The notes under the pieces were generated by a model that did not search any database, was not told where the DNA came from, and saw only the letters and a list, made by a program, of their open reading frames with translations. Of a DNA stretch of 64,000 nt, positions 10,715 to 23,800 are shown in pieces (within the stretch, counting starts at the first letter, position 1; every line of letters begins with the position of its first letter). Both the position numbers and the translations under genes were made by a program. The stretch comes from Trichinella spiralis (lineage: Eukaryota), in the NCBI RefSeq assembly GCF_000181795.1, contig NW_003526944.1, positions 2,159,434 through 2,223,433 of the forward strand, written 5' to 3'.

Positions 10715-12143
10715 ATAAAGATTCTGGCAAACTGCCATCATGATTATTAAAACTTAATCCCGATTCAATAATTATTTGATATTATGTTTTACTGACTGTC
10801 TGTTGTATTTCTCTGCTCATACAAAAAAGTGAAATATAATATAAATCATACAATCACGAGCTTAAATTTTCCCTGAAATGATGATTACAACATTCAAACT
10901 TGAAGATCACATTTTAAAGTACAAGCAATCAATTTCATATCAAAGTTTATAAACTTGCGCGATGAGGTCAAAAATTGTAACAATTGATTAATTATTTTTA
11001 AAAATGTTGAAATATTTCTATAAATGCCTGAAATTCTGAAAATAAGATAACAAAATAATCAAGATCAAGCAGACAGACAGAACAAGCAAACTGTTCAAAA
11101 GTTACTGTAATTGCGGTGAAAATTGAAAACTTTCGAAAACAAGTACCGACAAAATTGAATAAACCACTAATAAAAATAGCCCAAACCCAGTGACACCGAC
11201 TGGGATTCTATTACCGGCTTCGTGTTTCAAATATTTACCACTTTTTTTTCAGAATTAATATCAATAAATAACAAAAATGACAAGACAAACGAATAAAATA
11301 ACAATAACTTACCGATTCAACTGATAAATATATGTTGAAAGAGGACCATTTTTCAGACTGTTCTTGCGTTGGTGGTGAAGTAATTCCATTTCACTAGGTA
11401 ACAACTTTTCTCACTTGGCTGAGCTTTTTTTTCAACCAAGCAAATTTGCTCTATTTGCCAAAGTTCGCTCGTCAAATTGCATCATCAACAGCGGAAATGC
11501 AAAGCCGTCCGATCGTCGACGCTCATACCAAACCAACTAACCCCGGTTATGTCTATTTGAATGACTGACTATCTATGCAAATTTCGAAATAATATTCAAC
11601 ATTGCCGTCAGAAAAGTACTCTATTAAAAGGTGAACATTATCAAACGCCGAAAAGCAATTTTTCACAATAAATTTTTCTCTTCAATTTGTAATTCAATAT
11701 TATTATATCGTAATTTAATTTTCAACACTTACCTACTGGAAAATTGTTTACTGACTGACAAGTGAGATGGAAAAAAAATTCATTGCCATAAAATAAACAG
11801 CAACCGTATAATAATTAAAAACAGACTGATATTAAACGGAGAAAAGAAGGATGATAATAAAAATAAACAAATATTTGATATAGGGTGTGTGAAATTGCAA
11901 CATGTATATAAGATTATTTCTGACAATAAAAACATACCATATTTTTTATAAAGTTGTGCTTCAGTGCAATAAAATGAGTGTAAAAACAATTAAACGCCAA
12001 AAAAAACAAAAGGAAGCAATTCACCTACCGTAAATGCAAACATGATCAGTTCAACAATATTGGCAAATTCGAACAGAAATTTTACAAAAACATTAGTCGG
12101 CTACAAACGGATTACTGTTTTTCCAAGACAATGACAACTGGGA

Positions 12144-13349
12144 TCAATGATCAGTGAGCAGTTGATCATCGCTTTGCGTTTTCCATGCTAAATATGTGTT
12201 CCAAAATATGGCGACCATTTGAACAACCAAAATTCGATGCTCCAATGGAACAAGATAAAAATTGACCAACTGCATAAATGGCCACACCTGAAATGATCAA
12301 CCAAATATGGACACTGATGCGGAAGTGGATTTGGAAAAATTGTTCATCACAAACTTTCAGTCCAGTGAGATAAATGTCCCAAAATTGTGTTCGACACTGA
12401 TGAAAAGCAGTTTTAATTGGCTTCATTTCGAGCGTACGTAAAAGTACAAGAAAAGAAGCCAAAACAACAGGACTGCAAATTATCTGAAACACGCCTCATC
12501 AGATAAAATTTTTTAAATAAAAACATTACTTGATCAGCAAACAATCGCTTTACTGGCGACAGACGTGGATAAGCTTTGCAGTGAATACGATTCTGCAAAA
12601 ACGCAAACCACGACTTCAGCAAAGGAGCCTGTAAAAAAGAGAATCCGGTGGGGATTAGTGAAAAATTAAAATTTCCATTAAATAAATAGAAAAGCAAATT
12701 TACAAAAAAGAAACTTCCGATGCAAATAAATCGAGCAGTTCTGACAAAGTCGAATCGCTTGGGTTTCTTTTTGGGTTCGATAAAAATTTGTGAACTCACA
12801 TCACCTGCGCCCATCAAAAATCCTAAAAAAGGAAAATAATACTGTGCAAAATTCAAACCAAAAATGATCAATTTTCAAAATGTTCATTCTAGATTTTACA
12901 TTTTACAATTCGCAACTTCATTTCACCCTAGCACACTGCAATAATCATGTTTACTTGTTTCTAATTTGGAAACTTAATAAGAATCATATCAATGACTAAA
13001 TTGTCGAAATAAAAATCTATCAAAACAGTACGACGAATGAATTATCCATCGAGCATCAGTGGAAATGAAACTAAAATACGGTATGATGCATTCGTTGTTC
13101 GTTGATTGGCATTTTATGTTTATGCAATGAAAGTTAATTTAATACTAGTTAACGTAGGAAAAAAGTTGCATTGAAAAATGAAAAGAAAGGTAAGAAAAAG
13201 AAACAACGGGTAATGTTCGTTTTCGTTTTCTTTTCAAAAAAAATCACTGTTCATCGTGTACCTGTGATCAACATTTGTGTTTTCAACGGATGTCGTGTTA
13301 ATATTTCTAAATAACGATGCCAAGCATGTGTAGCTTTTTCAAAGAGCAT
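12144..13349 (-). CDS. MPV17: Mpv17/PMP22-family mitochondrial inner-membrane protein; exons 13349-13262, 12822-12704, 12628-12530, 12483-12355, 12287-12144
   Basis: Spliced product [32 protein letters not shown]...FDFVRTARF...KRLFADQIICSP...[36 protein letters not shown]. All introns GT-AG and in phase. Confidence 0.93.
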
Positions 13350-13980
13350 CGCTTTCGACAATCTGCCAAGGCTATTCACATTCGCACCTACAAATTCAAA
13401 TGGTTTTAAAATGTGTGAACCTTGTCGACAGTGAAGAGCATCAATTCTTTGCGACTGAAATTCACTGCTAATTACAAGCCTGTTGGCAAATTTGCAATTC
13501 TGTTTAAATTGTACATCATTCTGATTGGAAAGGATTCAAATCGAAACGAAAAATCACTGCACCAGTAAAGATGCAATTTTTTAAAAATGCAAGTTTAAAT
13601 TGTTTATACTGTAGCTATGTATTAAGTTTCTTCTTTTGTTTGTGGTATTTTACATTTAAAAATTCATTTGTGCACAAAAACATAAACAAAATATGACAAA
13701 ACATAAAACGTAAAACGTAATAACAGCGTTCTAGGGAGAAATAAAAAACTTTTTTTTAAAAATTACTGTATTCAGTACAACGTGTTGTAATTTATTGGAT
13801 AATCAGGTGCAATTAAATTGAATTATTCTTTTTGTTTAAACGACGTTTGAATACAAATTGCGCATTCATTTATTCGACTAGACGAAATGTGCAACAAGAG
13901 TAACGAGAAAAATTTCCCCACTACAATACGAAGAATATCAGCACCGTGCGAACTGAATTTCTTATTAATGCATGCTTAAT

Positions 13981-16900
13981 TCACATGCCGGCGGGAATTT
14001 TGGAACGACGGGGCCTCGGGCGTAGTCGGTTTCTTATTTCACTGTCCGACTGTTCATCCATCGGTTGATCAACTGTCAACGACGAGTGACCATCATCCGC
14101 AGGTCCAGCGTTTGCACTGTTCAACTGTGACAGTGTCTTCTCCAGCGCCGATCCAAGCAGCATATCCTCTTCATCAACTTGATTCTCTGATGAATCGACC
14201 GCCAAACTGGTGCCAACTACAAGAGACAGAGTTTAAACTGAATTTCGAACAAGTACATGAATTTGTGTAAACTGCTATCGGATGGATGATGGGCAAGAAA
14301 GTCAACGTGAGTGAATTGGACGATGAACTGAATTTTGAATCTTGAACTTATTTTTTGACTATTTTCGCAATTAGGAAAGTAATAAAGTAAAAACCAAAGT
14401 AACTAGTTGTTTATAAAAAACTGTAAAGTGTTGTTCAGCAGACAATTCAAACCCATTTCGAACTATAAATTCTATTTACAATTTTTATCAACAATTCCAT
14501 GTTTACAGTATAATTTAATTTCACGTCCAATTGAAGGACCAGCAAGTGTGAAAAGTGAGTGAATAAATTGGGAAAAAAGAAAAAAACAAGAAGAAAAAGC
14601 AACACAAAAAGAAAGCACTAGAACAATTGACATTATTAAATCAATAATGATCCAATTTCAGAATGTCTGACTTTTGATTAATCAACCCGAAAACTATTTC
14701 CTTCAATGCTACGCTACGGGGCATAATGAAGCCGTCATCACCACCACACCCCAATTTCAACTTGAAACTTTTCAAAGTGTTGTCAGAAAAAGACAACATC
14801 GAGTGACAAAAACGAAAATTTCATTTTTCACCAAAAGTCAACACTAGTGCAATTATTGAGCTGGCTAGCCAGCTAGCTAGCTAATGCAAATGTTCCAAAT
14901 TACACACATCAGCATTTACAGAATATATGGATAGCATTGTCAGGTGAAAGTGAAAAGCAACAAGCAACAGCTAGGAAGAAAGAAATGTCAACAAAAGTTA
15001 TTTAACGTTGCCCAGTGAACTCAGTACACTGCGACCGCTTTCCCCAATTTCCAGTCGACAAATAAATGCCGATCCCTGCTTCCAACCAATATACAGTTTA
15101 TTATGGTCAGTTTTGCTTGTGGTCAGCCCACATCCCGACACATCATTAGCGTCGCTCTTTTTCAATTATCACCATTCAACCGGTATCGAAAATGCATGCG
15201 GAAAGTCTGTACGCGGTTTTTTTTTGTTAATATAAATTTCTGAATGTACAGTGAAAATGTTCAAACTTTCAATTTCTGGTCATTGACTGACTGAAAAGAA
15301 AAAGAGACTACTAATAATCTCACCTAAATGACAAAAGTGCAACGGCCGGCCTAATTTTTTTTCAAAATGGAACATGGAAAAAAATAATAAACTTATGTTG
15401 AATTAATTGCAATAAATATATTAAAATAAAACAAATAGATGAAAATAATTCGATAAACTATTAAAAAAATAAATTCCAATCCAATAATATATGCAGTGAG
15501 ATACGGTAAAAAAATCTGACCGTCAAGTTTCAATAAGAAAGACGAAAAAAATATGCTACACTAAATGTGTGAAGGTCATCCATCGATCAGTATGATGACG
15601 CAGTGGCGAAAAATGTTCTATACAAAACCTGAGGGTAGCACAGTGCGTGCGCTAGTTAGCAAAGGAGTGTGCAAAGCAGAGCTCACATTTGAACCAGGTT
15701 TACGCACACACACGCCGACGAAAATTTCAAAGCCGGTTTTTCACACAGCAAGCATACTGTAGTGAAAGGTACTTTCTAACTAATGTTAACCACTGCTACT
15801 GCTGTTCTCGCCGTTTTCCAACAATTGTTATTTGTCATCATCTGGTTATAAACTACTGCACTGGTGGTATTAGCAGTAGCAGGAAGCGTCGGCAGCGGTA
15901 ACAGTACAGTACAGTACGACAGAAGCAGTGATAGGAAGAGAAAATTAAGAAAAACCCATTACTGACTGACTGGCTGGCTGTTACTATTGCTACTGTTTCC
16001 GGTGTCAAGTAGACAGGTGACGACTGAATAAGAAAATTATTTTGTTTGTTTGTTTGTTTGTTTGTCAGTCTGTTGCTTGCTTGGATATTCATCAGTGAAG
16101 AAAGAAAACTCTGAAGAATGGGAAAATTGTGAAAAATAAAAACACCGACGACGACCAAAGCAACAACCAACAACAACACGAAGAATAATTTAGAATATTG
16201 GATGAATAAAAGCCCGGTGAAAGCGGCGACGAGAATGGACGAGATGAAGTTGTTCAAGCGACGTGAACAGCACAGATCCAGACAAGAGATCAACTGCTTG
16301 TTGAGGTATTTTTTGTTTTCGGTAAATTTTTTCGTCTGGTTCGCCAGTACCGGCACCGCGTTGCTTGGCTTCTACTTGTACGCCAAAGATTTTCGACCGG
16401 TGGTCGAAGCGGTGGACTTTTTCCTCAACCCGTGCGTAATGTTGGTCGTGCTCGGCTCGACCGTGGGCGTGGTTTCGCTGCTCGGCTGCGCCGGCGCGTT
16501 GCGGGAAAACGTCTGCATGTTGAAGTGCTTCTCGCTGGTGTTGTTCGTCGCATACGTGTTGTTGGTGCTGTGCGGTTTCTTGGCGTTCATATTGTTCTAT
16601 TCGGACTCGTCGATCGGTCTGAGCCTGCGTACACTGTTGTCCAGCGCCTTGGAACGCTACCACGTCAACGACAACATCAAGGACGTGGTCGACTATTTGC
16701 AGAGTCAGCTCCAGTGTTGTGGCGTCGGTTCCCACGGCTACCGGGAGTGGAGTCTCAATGCGCTGTTCAACTGCACCGACCACAACCCGGCGCCGGAACG
16801 CTGCGCAGTGCCCCATTCGTGCTGTCGGCGGCCGACAGCCGACGCCAACGGTACGCCGCCGTTGCCGAGCATCGTCTGCGGCTTCGGAGCCCAGGAAAAG

Positions 16901-19754
16901 CCGATCACCGACCTGCTGGGCAGTATACACAGCGAGGGATGTCTGCAGCCGTTGCAGAAGTTGTTCGAAAGTCACGCTCTGATGTTCGGTGCGATGATCG
17001 GCGCGGCGATCTTGCCAGTCTGCTTGTGTGTGATGCTTTCGAATTTGCTCGGCCGACAGATCGTCCGCCAACGCTACCTGCTCGACAGGCAGGCTCGACG
17101 CGAGCTCAGACACGCCCGCAGGTTGAAGCACCGATTCCGTGATCCGTTCGACCCGCCGGCCGTTGTCCACTTGTACGACGAGCTCAGGATGCCGTCGCCG
17201 GTTCCACTGTCCCAAGCGGACAACTGCTGCCAAAGTAAACTGACCCAAGAACACTTGCTCGGCACTGACCAGCAGAACTGTTGTGCGAAAGAGAAAATTG
17301 CCCAAGCTGATCAACAGTCACCGTCGACCAAGCCGACAAACAACCACGAAACTAGCCATCAACACAATCGCCAGAATAAACGTCGCAGTCGCCAATTGAG
17401 CGATGATTGCAACGCCGCACTGCCGGTAAATTCTACCCCAGATCCAAATCCCTGCCCCTGAGCAACCCGTGACATGTGTGAACAGCCAGCGGCTAATCCA
17501 ATCATCGTCGTTCAGCGAAACTTCTTTTCTGTTTTCAACTTATATATTTCATTTTTGAATAAAAATACTTTTCATTTCAGAAATTGCATCGAATGTGAAT
17601 AATGCAGATGTTATTACTCATACTTATGAAACAAACAGTAACAGTAACCAACCCCTCCCCCTTTTCCTAACGATAAATGATTAAAAAATCTCATCCAAAA
17701 TTATTGATCATTCAACAAATTGTTCACAACCGTATTTGAAAAATTGAAATGTATTATGTTTGAATTAATCAACATCTCCGTGAGTGGATCAATTTCCAAA
17801 AACCACTTGACAGACCTGGAAGCAACAAACAATTCCAGTTTCATCAACATCATCAGTGCACTCTTCCTACTCCGAATGCTTATCGCCCCCCCCCATTTGG
17901 CTAAATAAACGATCACTTGCTCAACATTTGCAGAAAAATTTCATGCTGAAAAAGCAAGAAAAAAAAGACAAGGAAAAAAATGGCCAAAAGATGATTGTCC
18001 ACCATTGTAGAATTAATTGTAGAACTGAAAAAAGCACAACACAACAACAACAAACAAGCAACCTTGAAACAAGACGCAGGTGAAGGAAAAGACCTTGGAC
18101 CTTGGATGCTCGACGAGGACGGCAAATTGCAGTGATTCAACATTGGAAATGGAAAGAAAAATGAAAAGAACCATCCACCCCCCATCCTTGGAAAAAAAAC
18201 GAACCGCCTGACATCAAGGTACTTGACCAATTCCCAATTGACCCCTAATGCTTTTGAAAAAGAAGAAAAAATTCAAAAAATTGAACAATCAAAAAAAAAA
18301 CATAAAACATGCATTATTTAACCATTGGATTAAATGAGAAATTGAATAAGTGGAAATTTTTTTCCTACCTTCAAAAGCACTGTCGTCCGCTGAAGTGGAT
18401 GAAGAAGTATAATTTGCTTTATTACGCCGATTTCGACTACTGGCTTTTACGTTTTTACGAGCTTCACTTTTTTTCTAAATGTCATTCAACTTTATATTAT
18501 ATATTGCTTTCGTTCACTTAATTTGACATTGAAATGCATTTTCGAAACTGACAATGCAACCAATGTATACTTGATATTTTGTACAACTTGTAGAAGTAGA
18601 CGGAAGATCGTAATCGTATTCATCACCTTCATTGTCATGTTCTCCAATTTCGTCATCGACAGCATAATCGTCCACTGCTTTGTGAGTTCGTTTAAGTGCT
18701 TTCAATTTGGCATCTTTTATAGACGGTAGTGGAGCGCTGAATATGAAAATGAAAATTAAATTCAAATACAAAAAATTTAAGACTACACTAAAGAAAACTA
18801 ACATTCCTAGAATATCTTCAGTGCCAGCATTGATTTTAGGAGTAAATTTCAGACGGTCATTTTTCGGCAACGATTCCAACAATCGATTTCTCACATCCAC
18901 ATAATATTTGTGTATCACATCGAGTGTCTTGAAAAAAAAACAACAATAAAATCAAATAAATAAATAAAATAACAAAAAAAGAGAAAAACCTTGGCTTCGG
19001 TACTATGCGCCAACTCTTCGTGGATCACTTCTTTGGCGTAAAGGTCGCTAATTTTACCCATTTCATTTCGATAAAGCTCGCACAGGGTCAAATAAGGATT
19101 ACACTAAAATAGATTTCCAAAAATCAGAAAATAAAACAAACACACAGAGACTATAAAATTTAAGTTCATAAAATTGACAACCACCTGACCTCGTTGGAAT
19201 AAGCAGTGATGTAAAAGGCTTGCTTTCTGAATAGCTGATAAAGACAATAAGCAGCTTCACGGTAGCCGTCTTCAACGAGGCTGACACGAAATTTCGAAAA
19301 TTCCACAAACTGATCGACAATCAACCGAATGTACACTCGTTCATCGCGTGGCTGTTGAAAATACAACGAATACAAAAGATACACGGCTCCAATACGTCGC
19401 TTCAAAATTGCCGGCGGGAAACAGTAAATGACCACAACGGAAAACATTTCAAAATAAAGCTGCACAGAAAAAAAAATAAACACGTAGCATTATTATTCTA
19501 ATTATGCTTTATGATAATTTCTGCATGCTTGGTTTTTTTTATTCCCATTTCACCTGTTTCAACTGACTTGGACAACTTTTCGTGGCTATGTCAATAGATG
19601 GAAAGCACATATCGATGTACAATTTTCGAAACGTCTCAAACCCGTCATCATCTTCCTGAACGAACCGCCTCAGCAGACGCATAGAATCGTTGAAAAAGCC
19701 CAACGAAGTTGGAGTCAAATTCGACAACGTGCCAATAGTATTTGCCCAGTGCAT
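13981..19754 (-). CDS. SNAPC1: snRNA-activating protein complex subunit 1 (SNAP43); exons 19754-19554, 19459-19190, 19103-18990, 18927-18803, 18736-18571, 18474-18369, 14216-13981
   Basis: N-terminal SNAP43 pattern GFFNDSMRLLRRF...FETFRKLY...FPSI, RIGAVYLLYSLYFQQP, YREAAYCLYQLFRKQAFYITA. Exon phases are consistent; the phase-1 donor at 18369 matches the phase-1 acceptor at 14216. Last-exon assignment is less certain (~0.7). Confidence 0.85.
16202..17461 (+). CDS. TspanC8-subfamily tetraspanin (TSPAN5/14/17/33; TSP-12/TSP-14-like), single exon, 419 aa, long C-terminal tail
   Basis: Four hydrophobic segments, LGCAGALREN, and a large loop with 8 Cys: LQCCG..GYREWSLNALFNC...PERCAVPHSCC...CG...GC. 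Confidence 0.93.
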   Translation: MNKSPVKAATRMDEMKLFKRREQHRSRQEINCLLRYFLFSVNFFVWFASTGTALLGFYLYAKDFRPVVEAVDFFLNPCVMLVVLGSTVGVVSLLGCAGALRENVCMLKCFSLVLFVAYVLLVLCGFLAFILFYSDSSIGLSLRTLLSSALERYHVNDNIKDVVDYLQSQLQCCGVGSHGYREWSLNALFNCTDHNPAPERCAVPHSCCRRPTADANGTPPLPSIVCGFGAQEKPITDLLGSIHSEGCLQPLQKLFESHALMFGAMIGAAILPVCLCVMLSNLLGRQIVRQRYLLDRQARRELRHARRLKHRFRDPFDPPAVVHLYDELRMPSPVPLSQADNCCQSKLTQEHLLGTDQQNCCAKEKIAQADQQSPSTKPTNNHETSHQHNRQNKRRSRQLSDDCNAALPVNSTPDPNPCP

Positions 19755-20592
19755 TTTGTTTGCTTTTTTTTCTACAAAATTCCCAATCATAAAATTAAAC
19801 AACAACATTTGCAAAATAAAGCATCAGCTTTGTCATACTGAAATTTTTGCAAGCAATGATCAAAATTAATGAATGAAAAGAATTTTATTTCATGTTTAAT
19901 GTCAAATCCGACAGGACACCTTTTTCGAAAAAGACGACATTCACTTGAAGGAAAAAAAGAAAAATTAACACAAGTTAGCAATAAAATGAAAAGAAGAAAA
20001 AAAAATAACGAAAATCTCAACTGACAAATTTTGCATCACATCGCACGTTCCAATGGCGAGTAGTTCCAAGTTGATTTTCATATTAAAAACAAAAAATTAA
20101 AGAAAAGAAAAAAAGAAAGCAAAAGAGTTTATCAGCTCGTAAGCGACGACATCCGGCAGAATAGATTGCAGCGCGGATGGATGAACTGTGACAATTGAAT
20201 GAACGCGCACAATGGTGGTGGTGATACTCTGATATACACACACATGAGATGTGATGTGGAAAAGTTAGGAACGAAATTTTCGCAAAGTATTGAAATACGC
20301 ACCACTGAACATCGAAGATAAATTATATTAATAAAATCCTGAACAGGAAAAAATAATAATGGAAATTATAACAAAGAAAAAAAATAATAGAGGCTAGGAC
20401 AAGGCGACTCGATTAAAGCGAGCATTTTGGCAAAGGCAAAGAAAGAGTAAATAAGATTAATAAATGAATGATCAGTTTCACATTTGAAAAAAAAACTCAT
20501 TTCCATCACGTCATCATCAAGGCACTTTAGAATCACTGCTAGTGCTAACGTTAAGTTGCACAGACGCTGACAATATTAATAATAATAATAGC

Positions 20593-20646
20593 AATAGTAA
20601 TAGTAATAGTAATAGTAATAGTAATAGTAATAGTAATAGTAATAGT
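20593..20646. repeat. (AATAGT)9 microsatellite
   Basis: Perfect hexamer array read directly from the sequence. Confidence 0.95.
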
Positions 20647-20895
20647 CGCGTCATTTGGTATCAACTTTAACCGTCAACTACAGCCACGTTTAAGAAAAAG
20701 AAAAAAAAAGCACGACACTGTTGATTAAATATACCGCGCGTGATGTGGAGGCTTTTTTTGGACTAAAAGTATTAAATTATTTCGTAGGCAAAGTATAGAA
20801 AAAATAAACTTCAAAAACAAAAAGAAGATATACATTAGCACGGGCAAAAATAATAATAATAATGAAGAAGAAAAAATTAGCAGACAGCATTTAAT

Positions 20896-23800
20896 TCAAT
20901 TGGACAACGATGTTTGGACCGTAGTAGCCCTGGCGTGAAAACTGACATGCTGCTTGAGCTGTTTGAGCGTGGTGAACAGCTTCGGACAGAGTGGACATTT
21001 GACAAGCTTGCCAACATTGTTACTACTGTCCTGTGCTTCTTCCACGGGTGGCAGTTGAACACTGTCTGCACCGTGTAATGTGAGCTCATGCTTACGCAAA
21101 TAACGCTTAGCTAAAAACAACTTTGGACAAAAGCGACATGCGAACTTTGTAGTCACGCTAGTATTATTACTATTACTACCAGCACTATTACTATTACTAC
21201 TGCTACTATTACCACAACCAATACTGCTACTACTACTACTGTTACTGCACGTATTAATAGCAGCAGTAATGGAAGTAATGGTATTAGCATTGGTGTTTGG
21301 ATTAACAGAAGCAAGTTTCCGACCAACAACGCTATTCATATTGATGTCCGAGTGATGGAAATAACTAAAATCAGCTGTGCTTAGACAATCGCTGACAACG
21401 CTGTCCGAGGAGACGTAGTGAGAGTTGGACTTAGAACCAGACAGCGGTACGATCACTGCCATCTCGAGGGAAGGAAACGTGACACAGTCAGCTGAAGAAC
21501 CAACATTAGCGACCACGGCCCTGCCGAGCAAAGCGCTGTTCTGGTTCTGGCCAGTTTCCATTGAGCATCGTTTGGACTGTTCGTCTGCTGCTGGATCCGC
21601 ATTTCGGGCCTGCAACTGTTTCTTACATTCATTCAAAGAATTCAAAATAAGCTGAGCAAGCATTCGACAAACTTGCGCATACTGTTGATGATGTGCCGCT
21701 GTTGTCCAAAAGATGTTCGCTCAGAAAGTGTGAATGCAACGCTTGCAACGACTGAAATGACATCAAGCAAACATCACAAGCAACTGATGTTGTCGCTGCA
21801 GTTGAGCTTTCGTTCGTTGGTCCCTGGGCAATCGATTCTTGTTGTTGTTGCTGTTGCTGCTGCTGCAGATGATGTTGTTCTGGCCGTAAGCTAGAATCAG
21901 CAAGCTTGAACAAATCTTCAGCATCGGGGAACGGTTCAAGCAAATCCAAATCCTGACCAAATCCACTCAAATCAGCATCCAACATTGGCAAACAAGCAGA
22001 CAAACTGGCCGGATCCGCATACGATCCGTCTACATCCATATCCGCCAAATCTCCACCATACAACGACAATGGTAAAGTGTCGACGTTAAAAAAATCAAAC
22101 GTCGCAGCATCTCGATTTTGATAATTACTACCATTGTCCATTTGCTGTTGTTGTTGTTGCTGCTGCTGCTGCTGCCTCTGCTGCTGCTGTTGCCGATCAT
22201 TTTCTTCAATGCAGCGTTGTTGTGAAGTGTTGATGGAAAATGAACCACGTCCGTATACAGGATCAACAACAGCACAATTTGCATCGGAATTAGGAACAGT
22301 CCAAAATTTTTGTTCCTCTTGAAAGTAGACACTATTGCTGCTGTTCTCTGAAGTGTATGCCTGCTGCTCTGGCGATGGCCAACTGCCATCCGGTATCGAC
22401 TGGAACGAGACCGAACTGGACGAATAATAGCCAGAATCATCACCAGCAGTCCAATTTGGAACTGAACACGATGTGAAACCAGGTAATGGTTGATAATTAG
22501 TCATCGGAGACAGTTCCTGTTTCATGTATGGAGCACAGTCTTGTTGTGATGACAAAAAGCCACAGCTGTTACCACTCATGTAAGAAGGCAAAACTGCAGG
22601 GTTAGAATAGTCAATTTCAGTTTTTATGTTTGGTTTATCTTAAAAAAATATATATTCATCAAATAATGCAAAAATACAAACGGAAAATGTTCAAAATAAA
22701 ATTACCAGTCGATGTGAGGGATAGAACTTGTTGCTGCTGCTGCTGCTGCTGTTGCTGTTCCACAGTAACATCAGCCATAGAACCATGACTAAGAGTGGCA
22801 CTGCTGGAGACTGAATTCAAATCGTATTCAACAACAGACGACGGAGGTGGTGACGACTTGTCGGCGCCGAGATGTATAGAACCGACCGACTGTGGCAACG
22901 AACTACAGCCACTGCTGCTACTGCTACTGCTACTCGACGGGGACTTCGGCTGTTGCCTGTGGGGACCACATTTGCGCAAATGACGCTTCAAAGCAAGCCG
23001 ATGGCAAAATTTCCCGTTACAATACAAGCACCGGTCAGCTGCAGTAGGCGAGTGGCTTTGTTTGTGCATGTTGTAAAGCAAATCAGTAGTGAACACTTCA
23101 GAACAGTGGACACATTGGATCTTGCGCTCTTCAGTGTTGTGCCAACTCATGTGTCGGGTAAGAAATTCTCGACTTGGAAATAGCATAAAGCACCGGTCGC
23201 ATTCGAACATTTCGCCACTTCTTGGCCGTTCAGTTTTCACTGGATTGGCGTCGAACAGCGGCTGAAAAGCGGATAACGGCGGCAACGATACGCCGCCTCG
23301 GTATACATCCCTCATACCGACGTCAATGGAATTCCGCCCCTTTGGCGTGCAGCCAGGAGTTGCCAGGCCAGCCAGCGGGGGCAACGGCCCACTACCAAAC
23401 GCATTAATACATGTGGCTGTTTGCAATTCTGACGCTTCGCCACGTTTGTCATGGTTTGTCTTCTTTCGAGACCGACCCGTTTTCGGCGTCTGACTAGTAA
23501 CCAAATCCCGTTGTGGGCATTTGTGCTGGTACAAATTCGATCGAAATCGATAAGTCTGCAAAAGTTGCTTTTATTGCAAATTGCAAAAATAAGATTAATC
23601 ATAAAAAATTTATATTATAATCAATGTGCAATTCGCGATGATAACTTCAAATTCAGACAAACACACACATACATTGTTACATAAACGATCACAGCAGTAA
23701 AATTCATTTATGATGCACTGTTATTTTTTACTGAATAAGAAAGAATAAATCACTTCTGCTTTTCAAAATTACAACACGGAAGAACCTAATCTATTCAACA

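Noticed and set aside
11191..11225. Sequence resembling a tRNA 3' end on the minus strand (gaatcccagtcggtgtca)
   Set aside because: No TTCGA T-loop and no matching 5' half.
11441..11568. Short + strand exon-like ORF (NLLYLPKFARQIASS...GYVYLND*)
   Set aside because: No start, no convincing upstream exon chain and no homolog recognised; cannot be supported as a gene.
14859..14874. 16-bp perfect palindrome agctggctagccagct
   Set aside because: Embedded in a (GCTA)n-like simple repeat; no further structure.
16190..17314. 374-aa antisense ORF (and a 236-aa alternate-frame ORF) over the tetraspanin
   Set aside because: Shadow ORFs expected from the GC-rich codon usage of the real gene; no recognisable domain.
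21610..21682. Apparent frameshift between the zinc-finger ORFs 21629-22591 and 20896-21663
   Set aside because: Explained by an ordinary 73-nt intron (ACA|gtatgc...ttgcag|GCC) in phase 0; neither recoding nor a pseudogene is needed.
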